From contig NW_015165858.1 of assembly GCF_001447785.1 (NCBI RefSeq), positions 434,001 to 498,000 of the forward strand: a stretch of DNA of 64,000 bases, in the 5' to 3' direction. This document shows, piece by piece, positions 62,562-64,000 of the stretch (within the stretch, counting starts at the first letter, position 1; every line of letters starts with the position of its first letter). This DNA is from Gekko japonicus. Lineage: Eukaryota. Below the pieces are notes generated by a model. It made no database searches and was not told the DNA's origin. It was given only the letters and a program-made list of their open reading frames with translations. The position numbers and the translations under genes were made by a program.

Positions 62562-62830
62562 CAGAAGAAGGAGAGAAGAAGAAGGAGAGATTGGATTTAT
62601 ACCCTGCCCTTCACTCGGAGTCTCAGAGCAGCTTACAAACTCCTTTCCCTTCCCCTCCCCACAACAGACACCCTGCAAGGTAGGTGGGCTGAGAGAGCTC
62701 TTTCCAGAACTGTCCGAGAGAACAGCTGTGCCAGAACTATGGCTTGCCCAAGGTCATCCAGCAACTGCAAGTGGAGAAGTGGAGAATCAAACCCAGTTCT
62801 CCCAGATTAGACTCCACACACTTAACCACT
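62562..62830 (-). mobile_element. tRNA-derived SINE (Squam3-like), 5' slightly truncated
   Basis: Similarity to the 17594 copy. Confidence 0.82.
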
Positions 62831-63185
62831 GTTCCATCATGAGGACCTTTAGTTGGAGATGCAGGAGTTTGAAACTGAGATCTTCTGCATACATAAGTCT
62901 TGGATCCACTAGAATTACTTTCTTGCCTCTCCCTTTCTGCTGCAGTTCAAAATTGCTCCCCCTGATGCTGTTTCTGGGGGAACAGCCCCCCCGGAACAGC
63001 ATTAGAAAGGATTTGGTAAAATTCACCTCCCCCTTTTGTCCATGGAAACCCTCCACTGGCTCCAACCCAAGCCCCTATTCAAATAAGGGTCATGGGATAT
63101 CACACTACATTTCTGGTGCTTAAAGCAGAAATGTTTGTAAGCTCAACACTCCTAATAAGAGAAGGCTTTTCTGTTTACATCTTAC

Positions 63186-63298
63186 CTCATTTAGAATTGC
63201 CCAGACTGAAGAATTCTGTATTACCAGAAGTCGGACAGCTGCAATAGGATTTAGACTGGGATCAGCGGTTCCTTCTGCTATACCATTTTCAAATTTGC
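63186..63298 (-). CDS. MGAT4A: MGAT4A penultimate coding exon (alpha-1,3-mannosyl-glycoprotein 4-beta-GlcNAc transferase A, C-terminal lectin-like region)
   Basis: AG|(G)[37 protein letters not shown]|GTAAG; matches the recalled GnT-IVa C-terminus; tail-to-tail with UNC50 as in mammals. Confidence 0.95.
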
Positions 63299-64000
63299 CT
63301 TTAAAAACAACCACAACAACATATTCTAATCAGGCATAAGGAAACTGAAGTGCAATTGCTGACAGAAATTTCATGAGCCCCAAGTCTAATGTCATGCTGG
63401 CAAAACGAAGAGCTCAGCTGCATAACTTTGCATGAGCTCAGGGTCTTCTTTAAACTGTGCTGCAACCTATACAAAGTCGATATGTGTGCTCAGTTCATAC
63501 ATCAGCACTATCTGGAAAGGTTACAGATCTCTGTAGTACAAATTAAGCCAACATAAAACTGCTGTTTAACAAATTAGATTCCTGTACATCAAGGGAAATA
63601 AAGCAAATAGTGTAAAAAGCTTGTATGACAAAGCAACCTACACACAAGTCCTAAACATATTACTTTCAAATAACATATCACAGGTGTCAATGGAACTGCT
63701 AGAAAGGGGGAGATTTGTTTATCAAAGAAAATTAATACATTCTCAGTTCCAACTAAGAAAAGCAACATAACTGTATTCATTAAGAAAAATATATATTCTG
63801 GGACAAGGACACAACTAATTTAGGTACCTGAAAAGTGCTTTTACAGTATTTAGGGAAGTCTGGAATTTTTGTCAGCATATAAAGTTATTAAGATGCCATA
63901 ATGGGACTTTTCTTTCCTAATAAGACAACAGCTGCACTACTATCTGATCTATGACTGGCTCTTGTTTCTCTCGCCTCCACTTCCAAGGGCCTCTAATAGA

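Overview
Eukaryotic, intron-rich vertebrate DNA from a squamate reptile, probably a gecko (inferred from the repeat content: Squam3-like, 5S-Sauria-like and Bov-B elements). The right half holds the conserved trio COA5 (-, complete, 3 exons, 75 aa), UNC50 (+, complete, 5 coding exons, 259 aa) and the 3' end of MGAT4A (-, last two coding exons plus long 3' UTR). COA5 and UNC50 share a bidirectional CpG-island promoter. A second CpG island at ~35.6-36.5 kb has a strong minus-strand splice donor and looks like the non-coding first exon of a leftward gene (INPP4A is the synteny candidate, unproven). If so, 1-36 kb is one long intron, and I found no coding exon in it. The rest is a dense transposon landscape. 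The most notable non-obvious signal is a set of about nine short Penelope-like fold-back insertions carrying minimal hammerhead-ribozyme motifs and recurrent ~13-bp target-site duplications. There are also two non-autonomous Helitrons carrying pieces of hAT elements, a multi-layer nested insertion, CpG-rich Harbinger-like MITEs with NRF1 sites, hAT MITEs with OCT+KLF motif arrays, and a solo LTR facing the COA5 3' end. I see no novel protein-coding system; most ORFs in the supplied track are spurious. Repeat family names come from recalled family hallmarks, not database searches.
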